64,000 bases of DNA. Source: Macrostomum lignano. Its lineage: Eukaryota. The position numbers and the translations under genes are program-made. The notes under the pieces were generated by a model. The model made no database searches. It was not told the DNA's origin and was given only the letters and a program-made list of their open reading frames with translations. How positions within the stretch are numbered: position 1 is the first letter of the stretch; each line of letters begins with the position of its first letter. Shown here in pieces: positions 1-26,470 of the stretch. The stretch covers positions 76,441-140,440 of the forward strand of contig NIVC01000866.1 in assembly GCA_002269645.1 (NCBI GenBank). Direction: 5' to 3'.

Positions 1-1070
1 GAATAGATTGACAGACAGAAAGGCAGACAGACAGACAGACACACAGACAGACAGAAAGATAGACAGACTGAGTGAGACTGACACAAGGACACATAGACAG
101 GCAGACAGACCGAAGGACACAGAGGCAGACAGACACAAGGACACATGAACAGGCAGACACAAGGACACAGAGGCAGACAGACCGAAAGAAACACAGGCAG
201 ACAGACACAAGGACACACAGGCAGACAGACACAAGGACACACAGGCAGACAGACACAAGGACACAGAGGCAGACAGACACAAGGACACACAGGCAGACAA
301 ACACAAGGACACACAGGCAGACAGACACAAGGACACAGAGGCAGACAAAACAAGGACACACAGGCAGACAGACACAAGGACCACAGGCAGACAGACACAA
401 GGACACACAGGCAGACAGACACAAGGACACACAGGCAGACAGACACAAAGACACAGAGGCAGACAGACACAAGGACACAGAGGCAGACAGACACAAAGAC
501 ACAGAGGCAGACAGACACAAGGACACAGAGGCAGACAGACACAAGGACCCACAGGCAGACAGACACAAGGACACAGAGGCCGACAGACACAAGGACACAC
601 AGGCAGACAGACACAAGGACACAGAGGCAGACAGACACAAGGACACACAGGCAGACAGACACAAGGACACACAGGCAGACAGACACAAGGACACACAGGC
701 AGACAGACACAAGGACACAGAGGCAGACAGACACAAGGACACAGAGGCGGACAGACACAAGGACACAGAGGCAGAAAGACACAAGGACACACAGGCAGAC
801 AGACACAAGGACACAGAGGCAGACAGACACAAGGACACAGAGGCAGACAGACACAAGGACACACAGGCAGACAGACACAAGGACACACAGGCAGACAGAC
901 ACAAGGACACAGAGGCAGACAGACAAGGACACACAGGCAGACAGACACAAGGACACAGAGGCAGACAGACACAAGGACACAGAGGCGGACAGACACAAGG
1001 ACACAGAGGCGGACAGACACAAGGACACAGAGGCAGACTGACACAAGGACACAGAGGCAGACAGACACTG
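1..1070. repeat. 24-bp minisatellite (GCAGACAGACACAAGGACACAGAG)n preceded by (GACA)n; intronic to the WD40 gene
   Basis: Unit read directly from the sequence. It explains ORFs 72..1208 and 145..1041. Confidence 0.95.
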
Positions 1071-1124
1071 TGTCAGGACACACAGGCGGACAGACACCCG
1101 AGCCTCCCCATCCCTAAACCGCAG

Positions 1125-4100
1125 CCAGCATCACTGCCTTGGCCATATCGCCCGACTCCAAATGGATCTCAGTGGGCCGAGCCACCGGCTCCCTCGCCAA
1201 CTTTCTAACCCGAACAGCCTACTTGGAGCAAGTAGTCACTGGTGAGTATTGATGCACAAAATTCGTTTGCTTTACTCGTAGTGGATGAAATTCAGTAGTA
1301 TAAATTACAATTTATGGACCAATTATTATTTCAGGCCACAGGAACTTGGTCCATGCCGTGCAGATTTCAGCCAACTCCAAGCTGTCTGTATCCGCCTCAG
1401 CCTGCGGTGTCTGCCTCGTATACAGTCTTGATGTGGGTTGGACATTGCGAAATTTTATATTTATGACTATAGGCATAAGAGCTGTGCTAGCTAGCATCCT
1501 TTCAAGTGCTTTGAAGTGCCACTGAACTTTTTTTACGTGTGGTTTCTTACCTACTGCCTAAGAACTGAAGCTTTCTAATTGAGGCATCAGTGCAGTTTTT
1601 AGTCCAGGCAATTCTAATTAGGAGAGGCATTTGTTGCTTTTCTTCAGGAGGAGAAACTCCTGTTCGAGCTGAATCTGCGGCGGCCCTGCTTGTCCTGCTC
1701 GATTTCGTTTGACAATCGCGTCATTGTAAGACAAACTTCGTTGCTTCATTGCGTGAATTGATGAAAACTGCACGTATATTGTAGAAAATGCTACATTTTT
1801 AACCACGAAATGTTCAGAGCTCAAGAAAGTGACTGTCAAAGTCAAGTTTAGCGCTTGTGAAAGGGGTTGAAAAAGGACAGAACCCTTGCTTTTTCTACGT
1901 TTCATAGTGAGTTTTCTATGAAATAAAATTTCTTATTTCGACTGAATCAACCTGTCACTGGTTGATCACCTGGTCACTCACTGATCACCTGATCAGTCAC
2001 TCGCTGATCACCTGGTCACTCACTGATCACCTGGTCATTCGCTTATCACCTGGTCACTCACTGATCACCTGGTCAATGGCTGATCACCTGGTCACTCACT
2101 GATCACCTGGTCACTCACTGATCACCTGTTCCCTCACTGATCACCTGGTCACTCGCTGATCACCTGGTCACTGGCTGATCACCTGGTCACTCACTGATCA
2201 CCTGGTCACTGGCTGATCACCTGGTCACTCACTGATCACCTGGTCACTCGCTGATCACCTGGTCACTCACTGATCACCTGTTCCCTCACTGATCACCTGG
2301 TCACTCGCTGATCACCTGGTCACTGGCTGATCACCTGGTCACTCACTGATCACCTGGTCACTGGCTGATCACCTGGTCACTCGCTGATCACCTGGTCACT
2401 GGCTGATCACCTGGTCAATGGCTGATTACCTGGTCACTGGCTGATCACCTGGTCAATGGCTGATTACCTGGTCACTCACTGATCACCTGGTCAATGGCTG
2501 ATCACCTGGTCACTGGCTGATCACCTGGTCACTGGCTGATCACCTGGTCACTGGCTGATCATCTGGTCACTGGCTGATTACCTGGTCAATTATTTATCAC
2601 CTGTTCCCTCACTGATCACCTGTTCCCTCACTGATCACCCGATCATTCACTGATCACCTGGTCACTCGCTAATCACCTGATCTCATTAGGCTTTGATGAG
2701 AATGACTTTGAGCAAACCCATGCCAAATCCGGAACCGCAGGCCTCCGGAACATCCGCTGGTGACGTTTTCACCTGTTTGTGGCAAGCGACGGACGCGAGC
2801 GCGGCGGTAGCTCACGCCACTGTCTGCCGTCAACTGGAGCGCCGCTTGAAAAGCCGCGCCGTTTTTCACCCGGCGCCATCTTGGGCGCCAAATTCGTTGG
2901 TCTATCGAGCGCACAACAGTAAGAATGGCAAGTCACCGGTGACTGCCGTAGCATTCGCGCGTCAGAGCTGTCTCCTAGCAACCGGGGGCAGCCACGATCG
3001 ACGAGTCACGGTAGCGGATTGGTGCCGTCTTGTTCAGCTGATGTCAGTTGATGACGGGCACGGATCCTGGGTTGTGGGCTTGCGCTGGAGCCGCGACGAC
3101 CGGTGTCTGGCGTCCTGGGCTGAGCACGACTGCGTCAGGCTGTGGCGACGGCGAGCACCCGACGGTGAAGGCGGCGAGAACTCCAGCTCGGAGTTGGACT
3201 ACTCGATGGAGTCCGAAGTTGTAGCTGATTTGGAGCGAATGTGCAGCGTGTTCTGCTGCAGGTATAGGACTGCTTGATGCTGATCAGCATCCTGAGTACC
3301 TCTGAATCACTTTCTGATAACCCAGCTACACTTTAAACTACTACGAGTTATGATCTCTTGAATTGCCTACTAACCATCCAGTCGCTTTCTTTTCTATTTC
3401 TGATAAGCTGGTCGCTTCTTGATCACCTGGTTTCATCCTAAGCACCTGGCTACATCCTGAACACTTGGTTACTCCTTGAATACCTGCATGGTTACATAGG
3501 AGTACTGATCACCTCGTCACTTCCTGATGACCTGGTCTCTTTCTGGTCACCTAGTCTCTTCCTGACCACCTCCTGGTCTTTTCCTGACCACCTGGTCCTT
3601 TCCTGATCACCTGGTCCTTTCCTGATCACCTGGTCCTTTCCTGATCACCTGGTCCTTTCCTGATCACCTGGTCCTTTCCTGATCACCTGGTCCTTTCCTG
3701 ATCACCTGGTCCTTTCCTGATCACTTGGTCTCTTCCTGGACACCTGGTCTCTTCCTGACCAACTGGTCCTTTCCTGAACACCTGGTCTCTTCCTGATCAC
3801 CTGGTCCTTTCCTGATCACCTGGTCCTTTCCTGATCACCTGGTCTTTTCCTGATCACCTGGTCCTTTCCTGATCACCTAGTCCTTTCCTGATCACCTGGT
3901 CCTTTCCTGATCACTTGGTCTCTTCCTGGACACCTGGTCTCTTCCTGACCAACTGGTCCTTTCCTGAACACCTGGTCTCTTCCTGATCACCTGGTCCTTT
4001 CCTGATCACCTGGTCCTTTCCTGATCACCTGGTCCTTTCCTGATCACCTGGTCTTTTCCTGATCACCTGGTCCTTTCCTGATCACCTAGTCCTTTCCTGA

Positions 4101-4654
4101 TCACCTGGTCCTTTCCTGATCACTTGGTCTCTTCCTGGACACCTGGTCTCTTCCTGGACACCTGGTCTCTTCCTGGACACCTGGTCTCTTCCTGGACACC
4201 TGGTCTCTTCCTGGACACCTGGTCTCTTCCTGGACACCTGGTCTCTTCCTGGACACCTGGTCTCTTCCTGGACACCTGGTCTCTTCCTGGACACCTGGTC
4301 TCTTCCTGATCTCCTGATTACATCCTGAGTACCTACCTGGTTACATCTTGATATTTTTGTTCGTCACCTGCATATTTCCTGCTCGATCGATTAATAATCT
4401 GTTCTTTGTGTTAAAATAACTTGCCTCACTCACTGGTCTCTCATCATCCTGGCTACAGTGTGGACTCGCCGCATTCGGCAGCGGTCACAGTTGCCGGCAG
4501 CTCCTCGGATGGCACAGCGGCAGCGGCTCGCGAGAAGTTTCAGCTGGACGACCGAGACTTGGCCGCGCTGTCCTCGGGACTCGAGGATCGGGACAGCGCA
4601 GGCGGAAGTGACGACCAGGATGGCAGTCAGGCAGATGACGCTGAATTTGATTGA
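1125..4654 (+). CDS. WD40-repeat protein, 3' part (5' exons lie upstream of the window)
   Basis: Exons 1125-1241, 1335-1432, 1648-1725, 2741-3261 and 4459-4654, all AG/GT bounded with matching phases (1,0,0,2). The joined protein has WD40 blades: SITALAISPDSKWISVGRATGSL, GHRNLVHAVQISANSKLSVSASACGVCLVYSLD, CSISFDNRVIASGTSAGDVFTCLW, PVTAVAFARQSCLLATGGSHDRRVTVADW, GHGSWVVGLRWSRDDRCLASWAEHDCVRLW. Acidic tail; TGA at 4652-4654. Confidence 0.9.
1945..2680. repeat. 19-bp minisatellite (TGATCACCTGGTCACTCAC)n in a WD40 intron
   Basis: Unit read directly; fills most of intron 1726-2740. Confidence 0.95.
3570..4310. repeat. 19-bp minisatellite (TGATCACCTGGTCCTTTCC)n grading into (TGGACACCTGGTCTCTTCC)n
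   Basis: Unit read directly; lies in intron 3262-4458 and shares a 13-bp core with the array at 1945-2680. Confidence 0.95.
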
Positions 4655-5439
4655 TTGAGTATTTTGTTATTCCGTTCTACATAGCAGTGGAATTTTAATT
4701 GGAGGTGCTGCAACCCTAAGGGGCGTCAATACTTATGGTGTCTTGGTGGGGTGGGAGCCCAGCTGTCTGTAGGTCGGCGCCCCTGTCCTTTGGTGGGTGG
4801 GCGCCCCTCTTAATTACAGTTGGGTTCGCGAGGAAAGGCTCAAATCTCGCGAGACCCTCGCGAGATTTCGCGAGAATCTGTGTGTAACTCTCTCTCCATT
4901 GGCTGAGCGTTTATTGAGCTTGTAGGCTGAACGAGAGAGAAAACCCCCTGGGGATGGGGATAATTGGGGTTGGTGCATGCATGGTGTGCGAAATGGGGGG
5001 GGGTTCAGGGCTTGTACGAGCTCACAGAGATTTGCTTGATATATTTCGGAGTGTAGTTATATAAATAGTCTCAAAGCAGTGAAAATTGTTGCCTAGAAAG
5101 TTGCATACTAAGATTCTCGTAATCGTTATACAATTAATTTTAAATTAGAATTTTGAGATTTTTGTTGAATAACAGCAATGAGTACTTTGATGTTAACATT
5201 AATGTAAAAATTCATTAATTCCAGCGAACGGCGAAGTGAAAAATTTTCGTTTTTTATGCAGTTTACAATGTTAATTACAAAATAAGTAGTGAGCAACATG
5301 ACAATGGAGGGATAATATGGTGTGCACCGTCAAGGGTTTCCAGTTCATTCATCTGCCGACAGTTCGTCTTGTAAAACAAAATGTTTTACAATTTACACCT
5401 AAAATAAGAAAGCTTAACTTAAAACCCAATCTCGAACTT

Positions 5440-5715
5440 CCTGAGTGTGAGCGAGTGAGAGAGTGAGTGTGAGCGAGTGAGTGACTGTGAGTGAGTGTGA
5501 GCGAGTGAGAGAGTAAGTGTGAGCGAGTGAGTGACTGTGAGCGACTGAGTGAGTGAGTGAGTGTGAGTGAGTGAGTGTGAGCGAGTGGGTGATTGTGAGC
5601 GACTGAGTGAGTGTGAGTGAGTGAGTGTGAGCGAGTGAGTGAGTGTGAGCGAGTGGGTGAGTGTGAGTGAGTGAGTGAGTGTGAGCGAGTGGGTGAGTGT
5701 GAGTGAGTGAGTGAT
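5440..5715. repeat. Degenerate (GAGT/GTGA)n microsatellite
   Basis: Read directly; explains the THS-rich ORFs. Confidence 0.9.
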
Positions 5716-6529
5716 TGAAGTTAATTTGCAAGCTAAGTCATTATAGTGAGTTCTTTGCGTGCTGTTTTTATCGCTATACAAACCGAAACAATAGGCCAAA
5801 AGTTGGAACTGAAAAAGACTGACAAAAGATGACGATATGTGACTTTTAAGGTGAGCTGTTATAAATATATTTTTATTACGATGCAAGCCAGTCAGTTATT
5901 TAGACTATAGTCTGCTTTTCAATCGTACCAGTAGGCCAAAATTGAAAAAAAGTTACTCTAGGGTTGGATTGTGTGTAACGATCCACAGTCACAATCAATG
6001 CGCATAAGGAGAAAGGGGGCTTGACGACAGTGACCATAAATTAACTCTGCTCATTCAAGCTTGAATTGACAGCCACCCCGCCCACCTTTTCGAAGTCCCA
6101 AAGTCTGAACCATGGAGCACGGTATTTGCAGTAGACTGTTATAGTTTGATCCCCATTCCCCATTTGTTCAGAGAATAAGAAAGACTTGGCTGACTTCGGA
6201 CTATTCGAATACTCTATTCGGACTATCGTAAAATAGAGGCTCTGTGGACAAATAAATAACTCACCCTGGTGAAGGATTGAAACGAATAAGGGCGAGCATC
6301 ATAGCTTGCTTTGCCTCAAACCGGCTAATAGGACTGGGTAGTGAAACTGCCTGTCGGTATACACCAACAAGAGGGTGCCTTAGCTCCGAGAACACCCACC
6401 CCATGGCCCCGCACCGAGCAAACTACGAGCGTAGCTGAGAGTCCCCGTGTTACAAACAAGAAGCAGGCAAACAAGCTTAAAATCCTGAGGGAAGTCCTGA
6501 CTGTAACATGACAGAGGGCAGTACGGAAA

Positions 6530-7039
6530 AATATTATCTATAAATTTGTTGCACATCTGAACAGCCAGTAGCTTCCAGAATTCTTCAATTCCATCGGCCA
6601 GTGCTTGCTCCGTCTTTGGCTTGATCTTCTTTTCCAGATGATCCTTGAGGTGGCTCCACAGAATAGCCAAATGGGTTGCTTTTCAACTTTATCATCTGGC
6701 AATACTGTGTTGTTGTTCGAACCCAACCCAGCAGTCGCCGAATTCTCTTCATTGTGCAGATAGAAAGGCGCAAACCAAACTTTAATCTCACCCTATTGCA
6801 CAAGTCTTGAGCTGAAACTTGGCCCATGGCGTCAAGCAGCGCATCGATGAAGCCCCCATTTTCGGGGCAGAGATTTATCCTTGCTAATTTTTGTCCTTGA
6901 CAGAGTAGGATGGCGCCTGATGGCACGCCAGGAAGACCTGAATTTCGCTACTAATTTCAGCTACACTTCTTTTCTCTAAGTAAAACTTTGACAGGAGATC
7001 AATACGTTGCTTGTCCGTCAGGCGACGTCCAATCTCCAT
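6530..7039 (-). mobile_element. Tc1/IS630-like transposase remnant (frameshifted, DDE core missing)
   Basis: ATG at 7039 gives MEIGRRLTDKQRIDLLSKFYLEKRSVAEISSEIQ (HTH-like). A second frame gives FIDALLD..SAQDLCNRVRLKFGLRLSICTMKRIRRLLGW (second HTH). This joins directly to NP/LAILWSHLKDHLEKKIKPKTEQALADGIEEFWKLLAVQMCNKFIDNI, which matches the Tc1 C-terminal pattern NPIExxWxxLKxxL..P....L...I...W......C..LI. No TIRs identified. Confidence 0.7.
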
Positions 7040-7088
7040 TTGCAAGCTTCGTGAAATTGCTGTTAGTCTTCCTATTAGCTGTGTCAGA

Positions 7089-7260
7089 CAGGCGCGGATC
7101 CAGAAAATTTTTGAGGGGGGGGGCAACTATAGATATACCAAACACTACAACCCCATATTGGAAAGTAGACCTGGCATAGAAGCAGGCCAAAAAAGTATGA
7201 TCAAAATTTCTTTGGCCGCGGCCATGGCCCCCTTGGCCCCCCCCTCTGGATCCGCCCCTG
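7089..7260. mobile_element. 172-bp hAT-type MITE
   Basis: 16-bp TIRs CAGGCGCGGATCCAGA / TCTGGATCCGCCCCTG (1 mismatch). Perfect 8-bp TSD GTGTCAGA at 7081-7088 and 7261-7268. Confidence 0.9.
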
Positions 7261-9288
7261 GTGTCAGACAATGAATTTTCGATGGGAAAAACAAGAAAGG
7301 GTTTGCCATAAAAAACTATGAGAAACTGTTAAGGTGGACGCCGAAAAAGCGGGCAACCTCAATAAACAACCCACCTCAAACAGCGCTCAATCTTACTCTC
7401 CCCAGTTAATGGCTCAGCCAATGACGAACGAGTTACACACAGATTCTTGCCATAAAAAGGGTAATCAAAAATAGCATTGATTTTCATGCTTTTAAAGTTT
7501 ATTTTAAAGCTTTTTTTAACTTGTCTCTTCGGTTTGTTTTGCAAGCAGCGAATATATGTTGTAAAATTATTTGTTATATCTTAATAATATTTTGAAAACA
7601 CCGGAAAACTTTTTCAACATGTACGTACCTTTTATTTGCGCACTATTATTTTTGCTGATTAAAAGCACACCTTATTGTTTTTGCGTAGCTTTATGTTTAA
7701 AAATTTTGATATTTTTATTCCACATGCAGATGTAGATGTTTTTCCAATGCTTTTTTTGCGTGACCTCATATAGTTATTTTTATATGACTCTTCGGAAATA
7801 CACTTGTATACATACGAGCTACTGATATGGAAATGTATATGATTATATTATATGTACATATGTACTCGTATGTTAGCCCGATCCGAAGAATATTCAACAT
7901 AAGTTAGTTTATGTTTTGTTCTCTTCAGTGTCACTTTTAAAAAGCTCAACAAAACCATTAAACATTTGGATTTGTTTTCATTTTATGCTCTCTATATAGA
8001 TATAAATTAAATTAGTTTTTGAAATAGAGAATTAAAAGTGTGTACAGTGTTATATTTGAATTAAGACTTTATAATTGTTAAAGCTTTTGACATAGAATTG
8101 ACATGGACTCGAAAATATACATAGCTTGAAAAATAAATTTGCTTTCCGTGAAAAAAAACAGTTCAGAGCTCGGGGTTGTGACTGCGCTAAAATATAACAA
8201 ATATGTGCTACTTACTGTGTCGTATGCAGCAAAACTACATATAGGGTTCTACAAACATTTGTGCTTGAAAATGATAATAATAACTTTTTGAAAATAAGCT
8301 TGAGTATAATTCAAGAGTATAATTAGACCATGAAAAGCTGACTAAAAAGGCTAGAGTTAAAATGAGAAATTTACAAATTTAAATGGAGCCGTTTGTGTAA
8401 AATCTAATCTGGTGCATACTGATGGAAATTCTGTGTACTACTTTGCAATCGGTTAACAACTCATACCGTTCTGTGTACAAGAAATGTGATTTACTTCTAA
8501 TTAAAAAGAGATTGTTGCAGAATAATAGTTCAAAGCGACTTAGGGTCATATCGAAAATAGAGAATTAACCACACTAGAGTGGCGTAATCAGGATAGGCAC
8601 TTTTTTAGTATTCACGAAATGTACATACCATTATCGCTAAGCTTTGAGAACTGCTCACACTTGGCCTCAGGACGCACCCGTACTCTAATCTCCCAGAAAA
8701 TCCACTGCCACTTCCTGGCAGAGCGGAGTATCCGTCTCTGGGAGTGCACTAGCTCAGCCTCAGCCTCCCCATCGCCTCATCTCGGACAAGCCCCACTCTA
8801 GTATCTGTTCTGAGCTCCTTAATTCTCCTTCCCTTGTTGGGACACAATCTCCCCATCTGCCAGCTCACCCGCTCTCCTCTGTGCCCATGCAGGATCTTGA
8901 GCTTCATCCGCTGAGTCCAGAGTAGTTGCAATCGGGATTAAGTTAACACAAGCCCCATACGCGCAAACAAACTTGAAAGACAAACAGCAAGCCTGCGAAT
9001 GCGTGAACGATTTGCACAATGAAAATGAAGGGCCTTGGTAGTAAATGATGGGTTCGTGATGAAGACTCGTCGGGTGCTGCAAAACTGTACATGTGTTGCG
9101 AATGGAAATGAACAGCAATGCCAAAATGTCCAAAATGATATGTGAAATTATCATTAAAATCTGGATATAACGGCGTACGCACAGGTCTTGCTTTATACGA
9201 GAGTATTTGGGGAGCTTTTGAAATTTCGAGTTTTAACTCTCAACTGAGCGTCAAGTGAGACAAGTAGACGCTGCTCCCCACTTGCACT

Positions 9289-9839
9289 CAAGGACTTATT
9301 AAGTTGAAGGACAGGAGGCAGGCCCAGTGCTGATCTTTTTTATATGTTTGCCTTTTTGTTATAGCTCCATTGATATTCCCGACACTTTTCGTTCAGAAAA
9401 ATAGGATTCTATTCATAATTTTTATTCCACTTACATTTGTAGATGTCCTGTGTCTAAGAACCATTAAAGTGGCACGGTTTTAAAATCTATTTTGTCATTC
9501 TTTGCCGAGTTTGTAACAATATTTCTAACAGAGATGATCAAATCCACTTCTAAAACCAAAAAGTCGAGCTGTGCCACGCATTTTTATGATGTTTAGATAG
9601 TAAACATAGAATCCTAATTTTCTGAACAAGAAGCTTCATGAATATCAATAGAGCTAAAAGAAAGGCACAACATATCAAAAGATGAACATTAGGTCTGCCT
9701 CCTATCAAAAGCAATAACTATTTTTGCGCCGAAAAAATGAAAACTTCCCATCTCCGTTGTGTATTTTTCGGAAAAACCGGCCTCCTAAAATTTTCCAAGA
9801 AACAATTTTTCCCGTCCTTCTAGTTGAGTGTCGTCCTTG
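9289..9839. mobile_element. Foldback MITE with CAAGGAC termini (P-superfamily-like), left arm partly deleted
   Basis: Ends CAAGGAC...GTCCTTG. Flanks CTTGCACT / CTTGCACC (7/8 TSD). The right arm (~9600-9839) closely matches 60535-60774. Confidence 0.8.
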
Positions 9840-9928
9840 CTTGCACCGCGTATGGCAAAGATAAATGAAAATTAATAAATCTCAAACCAATCAGTTCGTC
9901 CTTCTACTCAGCCAGTCTCTCTCCTTCA

Positions 9929-23661
<13,733 letters not shown>

Positions 23662-24769
23662 CGCGACACGACCTCGGGTAGAAGATGACACCTTTCCTGA
23701 TCTCCTGGGTGGCTGGGCTAAGCTTGCTAGTCGGGAGATTCAGCCTCCTGCACCGCCCCTGAACCCGGAGACCTTTTGGCTGTGTAGTGGCTCCGGAGCG
23801 ACAGGGCAAGTAAGATGAGGAAGGGGGCTGGGGCGGATTCCAGCTATAGGGAAGCGATTAAGCCTTGGTCCCAGGAAGGAAGGCTTGTCTGGCCAAAACT
23901 GGAGCTTGAACGAAGTGCGTCATTCAGTTTTATCTTGCCTTGGAAATGGCCTTTCCCTCTGCCCTGGTTTCCCGCTCCTCTCTCCCCCTCTGTCCTCTCC
24001 CCTGTTTCTCTCCCTTCTCCTCTTGACACCGCGGTCGGGTTAGCGCTGGGTTAGACAGGGAGGGCCCGGGGAGAGAGGACACGACAGTGCGAGAGAGACG
24101 GAGAGGAGCGCGAAGGACATGCGAAGGGGGAGGGTGCAGCGCCCACCTCCTCTTCCCGCCCGGCCCGGCCCGTGTGCGCAGCTGACTCGACTGACTGCCC
24201 TCAAACTATAAACACGCGAACTGGAGAGGCCCTCGGCTGGCAGTAGCTTAACACACCTATCGTACGTGCATTAATAACTTTACCGTGCAGTCTTTAGCCT
24301 GCTTGATTTAGCATTTTATTACCCTGCCGTAATTTAAACTGTTAACTAGTTAATTGTTTTATTATTGCGTTTATCTTAGAGTGGTTATTGTAGCAGCGTG
24401 AGGTAGGTGGGCAATAAAAGCATGATTTAACCGGAATGTACATCTGACCCACTCTGTTAAAACATCGCTGTTCCGGATTTAGGAGATTTAAAAAAATGTT
24501 TTTATCACAGTCCAGGGTTAAAGCAGCCATTTATTATCGAACGCCTGATTTCTGATGGATTTTACAATCGGAAGTGAAACAAACTTGCAGCAATCATAGT
24601 TCACCAGCTTGCCGAGTTTCCTTCATCAATATTTACTCTGACAGTCGATGGTTAGGGAATTTCATTTTTAACAGAAAGCAAGTAGTTGATTTGAATAATG
24701 ATGGAAATGCAATAATGTGAGGTTGACCGATTTTCCTCTGCTAGGAAATCGTTGAGTTGAATGCATGTT

Positions 24770-25490
24770 GTGACGTGTAGATAAGGGTTTGTGAGGTGTA
24801 GATAAGGGTTGTGAGGTGTAGATAAGGGTTTGTGAGGTGTAGATGAGAGTTGTGAGGTGTAGATAAGGGTTGTGAGGTGTAGATAAGGGTTGTGAGGTGT
24901 AGATAAGGGTTTATGAGGTGTAGATAAGGGTTTGTGAGGTGTAGATAAGGGTTTGTGAGGTGTAGATAAGGGTTTGTGAGGTGTAGATAAGGGTTGTGAG
25001 GTGTAGATAAGGGTTTGTGAGGTGTAGATGAGAGTTGTGAGGTGTAGATAAGGGTTGTGAGGTGTAGATAAGGGTTGTGAGGTGTAGATAAGGGTTTATG
25101 AGGTGTAGATAAGGGTTTGTGAGGTGTAGATAAGGGTTTGTGAGGTGTAGATAAGGGTTTGTGAGGTGTAGATAAGGGTTTGTGAGGTGTAGATAAGGGT
25201 TTGTGAGGTGTAGATGAGGGTTTGTGAGGTGTAGATGAGAGTTGTGAGGTGTAGATAAGGGTTTTGAGGTGTAGATAAGGGTTTGTGAGGTGTAGATAAG
25301 GGTTTGTGAGGTGTAGATGAGGGTTTGTGAGGTGTAGATGAGGGTTTGTGAGGTGTAGATAAGGGTTTGTGAGGTGTAGATGAGGGTTTGTGAGGTGTAG
25401 ATGAGAGTTGTGAGGTGTAGATAAGGGTTGTGAGGTGTAGATAAGGGTTTGTGAGGTGTAGATGAGAGTTGTGAGGTGTAGATAAGGGCT
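24770..25490. repeat. 20/21-bp minisatellite (TGTGAGGTGTAGATAAGGGTT)n
   Basis: Read directly. Confidence 0.95.
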
Positions 25491-25974
25491 GTGAAGGGTA
25501 AATGAAAGACCCGGATAATATTCTGATAGTTACTAAAATTTATTAAATCATCTGTCTCTCAGCTGCGCAAATCAAAATGCAGTTCCACTCCGAATTATCG
25601 CGATTGCGTAACAGCTCGCAGTGGGTGGTGTAAAATTCCCCCGAAAGAAAAAGAGCTTTGCAGTAGATCCGAATTGCAACTGAGTTAAAATATAAAATCC
25701 CTTAATGCCTGCTCGCCAGTCTATCACATGCTCTTCCTAATCCCAAGCCTACTTTATCATTGCTTCCATCCCGGTGTTGCCTCCCCGAAGCTGCCTGCCG
25801 CTCCATCACTCAATTTGTGGCCGCATGCGCAGCTGCAGATGTCAGCCCTGGATGCTGGGAGGCTGCGATCTCATTCCCTGTGGCTGCTCGTTGGAGAAGG
25901 TTCGGAAAAGAAATTCTGCTCATGGCCGATGGTTGTTAGGGGTAGACGTAGCGCTGTAGTTGGGAGCGGCTCTA

Positions 25975-26470
25975 TTTGGAAGTGGCGCCAGTTGGAACTG
26001 ACACTAGCTGGAAGTGGCGCTAGTTGAAAGTGGCGCTATTTGAAATTGAGGCTATTTGGAAGTGGCTCTGTGTGGAAGTGACACTATTTGGAAGTGGCGC
26101 TAGTTGGAAGTGGCGCTATTTGGAAGTGGCGCTAGTTGGAAGTGGCGCTATTTGGAAGTGGCGCTAGTTGGAAGTGGCGCTTTGTGGAAGTGGCGCTAGT
26201 TGGAAGTGGTGCTAGTTGGAAGTGGCGCTAGTTGGAAGTGGCGCTAGTTGGAAGTGGCGCTAGTTGGAAGTGGCGGTAGTTGGAAGTGACGCTGTGTAAA
26301 AGTGGCGCTAGTTGGAAGTGGCGCTAGTTGGAAGTGGCGCTTTGTGGAAGTGGCGCTAGTTGGAAGTGGCGCTAGTTGGAAGTGGCGCTAGTTGGAAGTG
26401 GCGCTAGTTGGAAGTGGCGGTAGTTGGAAGTGACGCTGTGTGGAAGTGACGCTGTGTGGAAGTGGCGCTA
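25975..26470. repeat. 16-bp minisatellite (GAAGTGGCGCTAGTTG)n
   Basis: Read directly. Confidence 0.95.

Noticed and set aside
8640-8990. GC-richer coding-like patch (MQLLWTQRMKLK... and other frames)
   Set aside because: Stops in all frames and no recognisable motif; possibly a decayed TE, but unassignable.
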